A stretch of DNA of 61,055 nucleotides, counting the filler, from Antechinus flavipes (lineage: Eukaryota): NCBI RefSeq assembly GCF_016432865.1. It is 4 parts of 3 records of this genome, joined end to end, with 100 filler letters (N's around TTAATTAATTAA, not from the genome) between each part and the next. Parts side by side here need not be neighbours in the genome. Positions count along the whole stretch, not along the records: positions 41,667 to 58,120 come from NC_067403.1; positions 58,221 to 61,055 come from NC_067403.1; 2 more parts are not named here. One strand, written 5' to 3'. The stretch's first letter is position 1. Every line of letters begins with the position of its first letter. The position numbers and the translations under genes are program-made. Of this stretch, positions 56,930 to 61,055 are shown one piece after another. A model generated the notes under the pieces. That model did not search any database. It worked only from the letters and a program-made list of their open reading frames with translations, and was not told the DNA's origin.

Positions 56930-57966
56930 GTCCCTAAGTGCCATTCTTCTAGATCTTTAAGTGCCATTCTTCTAGATCCTTAAGTGCCATTCTTCTAGAT
57001 CTTTAAGTGCCATTCTTCTAGATCCTTAAGTGCCATTCTTCTAGGTCCCTAAGTGCCAGTCTTCTAGGTCCCTAAGTGCCATTCTTCTAGATCTTTAAGT
57101 GCCATTCTTCTAGATCCTTAAGTGCCATTCTTCTAGGTCCCTAAGTGCCAGTCTTCTAGATCTTGAAGTGCCATTCTTCTAGATCTTTAAGTGCCATTCT
57201 TCTAGATCCTTAAGTGCCATTCTTCTAGGTCCCTAAGTGCCAGTCTTCTAGATCTTGAAGTGCCATTCTTCTAGATCCTTAAGTGCCATTCTTCTAGATC
57301 TTTAAGTGCCATTCTTCTAGATCCTTAAGTGCCATTCTTCTAGGTCCCTAAGTGCCAGTCTTCTAGATCTTGAAGTGCCATTCTTCTAGATCCTTAAGTG
57401 CCAGTCTTCTAGATCTTGAAGTGCCATTCTTCTAGATCCTTAAGTGCCATTCTTCTAGGTCCCTAAGTGCCAGTCTTCTAGATCTTGAAGTGCCATTCTT
57501 CTAGATCCTTAAGTGCCAGTCTTCTAGATCTTGAAGTGCCATTCTTCTAGATCCTTAAGTGCCATTCTTCTAGGTCCCTAAGTGCCAGTCTTCTAGAGCT
57601 TGAAGTGCCATTCTTCTAGATCCTTAAGTGCCATTCTTCTAGATCTTTAAGTGCCATTCTTCTAGATCCTTAAGTGCCATTCTTCTAGATCCTTAAGTGC
57701 CATTCTTCTAGATCCTTAAGTGCCAGTCTTCTAGATCTTTAAGTGCCATTCTTCTAGGCCCCTAAGTGCCAGTCTTCTAGATCTTTAAGTGCCATTCTTC
57801 TAGATCCTTAAGTGCCATTCTTCTAGATCCTTAAGTGCCATTCTTCTAGATCCTTAAGTGCCAGTCTTCTAGATCTTTAAGTGCCATTCTTCTAGGCCCC
57901 TAAGTGCCTAGCCTTCTAGGTCCTTAAATGCCATTCTTCTAAGTCCCTAAGTGCCTAGCCTAGATC
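56930..57966 (+). repeat. 23-bp satellite/minisatellite, ~45 copies (CCATTCTTCTAGATCCTTAAGTG)
   Basis: Exact 23-bp period (CCATTC at 56941, 56964, 56987...), with four recurrent variants. Confidence 0.98.
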
Positions 57967-58120
57967 AGCACCATCGAAAGCAGCCTGGCTCTGTAGTCAA
58001 AGAATGTGGGTTATAATAATAATTATAACAATAATAAATAACGCTTCTATGGTGCTTCCTTTGCGCCAGCTGCTTTACGACCATTGTCTCATTTGACTCT
58101 AGTATTGTGAGGGGTGTGCT

Positions 58121-58220
58121 NNNNNNNNNNNNNNNNNNNNNNNNNNNNNNNNNNNNNNNNNNNNTTAATTAATTAANNNNNNNNNNNNNNNNNNNNNNNN
58201 NNNNNNNNNNNNNNNNNNNN
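58121..58220. other. Artificial contig spacer N44-TTAATTAATTAA-N44
   Basis: Same structure as the other two spacers. Confidence 0.97.
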
Positions 58221-58620
58221 AGGACTTGGCAGCGGATTGCACGTGTGGGGCCGGAGTCCGGACTGAGCGGGACTTCCGGAGGGAGGGCAGCCCGAGCGTC
58301 CCCTTCGGGGTCTGAGAGGATGGTCAAGGTGGGGGAGCCCCGGCTCTGCGGGCCGGCGGTCAGTGCCGATGGCTGCAAGGGCTGGGTTGGGTTTGGGGGG
58401 GTCTGCCCCTCCCGTCAGACAGTAGCAAGGTTCCCCCTTCTCCACAACGACCCTCCCCGTTGGCCGACGACCAGAAAGGGGGGTGGGGGAGGCCGGCCGG
58501 GGGGCGCCGTGACCTCCGCGACTCTCGCGTCCGTGGCCGCTCTGTCCTTAGGGGGCCCGCCGCGGGCCGCCCCCGTCTCGGCAGCCGGCTGCTCTGGGTG
58601 GGCCGGATCGGACGAACAAA
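58221..58620. promoter_or_regulatory. CpG-island edge, promoter-like, gene unidentified
   Basis: Dense CpG; CACGTG ~58239-44 and ACTTCCGG ~58272-79. Confidence 0.35.
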
Positions 58621-59861
58621 ACCCCCAAACCAGATTTTCAGTCTGGAGAAGAGAAGATGGGAGTGGGAGGAGTCTCTGCACTCAAACATCCCCAGATTTC
58701 CCAAGAAGCCGGAGCATCGTGTGCGCTTCCCTGTACGTGGAAGACGTGACTCTGGATACCCTGTGGCGCTGCCCGTGGGAGCCCGGGGTGGGCGCGGAGC
58801 TTCTGGGGGACCCCAGAGACTCTGGGGCAGAGATGCTCAGAGAGGGAGGAGGGAAGGGAGGAGGGAAGGGAGGAGGGAAGGGAGGAGGGAGAGGCCGAAG
58901 CGAGTTTGGGCCCTCCCTGGGCCTTGGTTTGAGCTGCAACCTTGTCTGGCTCCCCCGCAAAGGGCTCCTGTACGTTCTTCGGCTCACAGATGCCTAAAAC
59001 CTCCCTGGTGTGTGGGGGCCGCTTGCTTGGATTCGGGGGTTCGGGCGCCTCTGTGACTTGTGGCGGCCTCTGTGTAGCGGCTCTTTGGGGGGGGGGGCTC
59101 AGCTGGGGGACATCACCTAAGAACCGCCTTCTTCCGCGGGCCCCCCGGGCCTCCCAGCACCGCCAGCGGGGTCGCGGGCCCTTTCAGCTCCGACGCCTCC
59201 GTACCCCTTGGCACGGGCGGCACTAAGTAAATGCTGATAACTGACTGCCCAGCCTCCCAAACTCCGGGGCAGACCCACGGGAGGGGGATGGCAGGTCGGG
59301 GCAGGTGGGAGACCTGCACCAGCTCAAGGTGGCGGCTCGGGTCAGCGGGCGGAGAGAGGGAGGGGCACGGGGGGGGGGGGCGGCCGCAGAATCCCCGGCT
59401 TCCTTCAGGCTTAGCTCAGAAAGCACCTTCTCCGCCAGCCCCCAAACGCTGTCTCCTTTGTCTCCTCAGTGCCCCTGAGGGGCCGCGAGGGGGCGCAGCG
59501 GAGAGAACACCAGCCTGAAGTCAGGAGGACCCGGGACACTCCCTCCGTGTGACCCCGGGCAAGTCACTTAACCCCGACGGCCTCAGGAAAAGAAAAGAGC
59601 CGTCTGCACTGACGCCTGTACTATACACATACTGGGGAGTCCATCAACTTCCCAGCAGCCTCCTGGACTTGGATGTCCCGGAGGGACCTCCCCCTGCACC
59701 CAAACATGGAACGGCCCTATTCCTAGCAAGGCCGCGCCCCCTCCCCGGGGAAGAGCAAACCTTCAGGTCTACAGCAGAGAGTGATGGGATTGCTGTCAGT
59801 GGCCGGCTCTGGCCCGTCAGGGGCTCTGGGATAGGAGGATGTCACAAAGACCACAGAGGCC

Positions 59862-60108
59862 CCTGGGGGCCACAGAGCTCCCCCCCAGGCCCCCAGCTCC
59901 CCCCCATCCCCCCCGGGGGCCCCAGCTCCCCCCCATCCCCCCCGGGGGCCCCAGCTCCCCCCCATCACCCCTGGGGGCTCCAGCTCCCCCCCATCTCCCC
60001 CCCGGGGGCCCCAGCTCCCCCCCATCCCCCCCAGGCCCCCAGCTCCCCCCCATCACCCCTGGGGGCTCCAGCTCCCCCCCATCTCCCCCCCGGGGGCCCC
60101 AGCTCCCC
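59862..60108 (+). repeat. C-rich ~30-bp minisatellite (CCCCAGCTCCCCCCATCCCCCCCGGGGG)
   Basis: About 8 imperfect units. Confidence 0.9.
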
Positions 60109-61055
60109 CGGGTGCTCCCAGACAGGGGGGAGGCTTCCATTTGCTGCTGTCAGCAAGCCCGTCCCCTGTGGTGGGGCTGCACTGTTTTAGAGCTAAATTC
60201 TGATGTTCCCCGGGGGTGGGGAGAGAAGGAGCCAGTTCTCTTGTTTCCAGGATGGGGGCAGGAGGCGGGAGGTGGGGGGGGGGGAGACAGACGACGACAG
60301 CCTCCAAGGCTGAATCTTGGCCACGAATCCGCCTCCTGGGCCCTGAGACACCCCTCGCCCTCCCGCCTCCAGGGCCCCCCCCCAGAGGCCTCCAGTTGTG
60401 TCCCATTTCCTCCCATTTTGCCCCCTCCACGTGACATCCCAGATCTGGAGCCCCCACAGCTTCCTTTCGACCTTTGGCCTTCCCACCTGTGGGGATCTAC
60501 CCGCCTGGCAAAGTCCAACCACGTGCCCCTTCCTCCAGGAAGCCTCCCGGGCTGCCCCAAGCTTTTCTCCCTCCCTGCCCCCCGTACATTGTTTGCCCCT
60601 CTCCGGCCCCTCCGCTGTCTCCCCCTCCCATCATCCCCACCTCCAGGCGTCCACCCCATGAGTCACTAGGGCTGGAATCTGCTGAGTTCAGGCCACCCCA
60701 CCCAGGCTGCCCACCCTCCTTCCTGCCCCGCCAAGGGCTCCTGCGCCCCTTTGTCCACCGCACATCCCCGTGCCCCGCGACCCCAAGGCTTCACAGGAGA
60801 AGGGACAACTGCCCCCCCCCGGCCCACCGGGTCTCTGGTGCGTCTGGATTTGCTCAGCAGCTGGGTGGGCGCCTCCCGTTCCCATCCTCCGTAGGCCGGG
60901 GCCGGGAGCCCAGGTCTGGGGAGGGGCCGGACAAAGAGATGACTCTGGGGGCTGGGGACAGACCGTCCCCCCCAGGCAAGGGCGGCTGCCCCGTGGGCCA
61001 CGTGTCCCTCAGGCTGGAAGGGACCTGGAGGCCCCCAGTCCTGCTCCTTTAGGGG

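Noticed and set aside
57964-57985. REST/NRSE-like site TCAGCACCATCGAAAGCAGCC
   Set aside because: The left half is perfect but the GGACAG core has two mismatches, and it is not linked to a neuronal gene on this contig.
41667-61055. Dozens of 60-300 aa Pro/Gly/Arg-rich ORFs in contigs C and D
   Set aside because: Expected in stop-poor high-GC DNA; they overlap in many frames, and I found no recognisable protein or consistent exon chain (including GRIN2D 3' exons, ECSIT or KDELR1).

Overview
Eukaryotic (mammalian) genomic DNA. The SINE, L1 and OC1 repeat content suggests a marsupial, probably a dasyurid; this is inference and the species cannot be fixed from the sequence. The window is four contigs joined by identical 100-bp artificial spacers (N44-TTAATTAATTAA-N44 at 12113, 41567 and 58121), plus one plain 183-N gap. 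Contig A (1-12112, very GC-rich) carries the 5' half of GRIN2D: seven coding exons up to the M1 helix. It includes an in-frame ~0.83-kb tandem duplication of coding exons 3+4, a solo LTR, and three minisatellites; the largest is a nearly A-free 36-bp array with one G-quadruplex motif per unit. Contig B (12213-41566) holds the mammalian syntenic block CNN1 (+, exon 1 missing), ELOF1 (-, complete) and ACP5/TRAP (-, complete), with L1, L2, SINE, LTR and hAT relics. Contigs C (41667-58120) and D (58221-61055) are GC-rich and rich in tandem repeats, with no coding exon I can recognise. The most notable observations are the GRIN2D exon-pair duplication (real or assembly artefact), the G4-array intron, the GRIN2D/CNN1 juxtaposition across an artificial join, and a MITF/PU.1/NFAT-type module in the ACP5 promoter. 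I did not find a convincing wholly new gene system.
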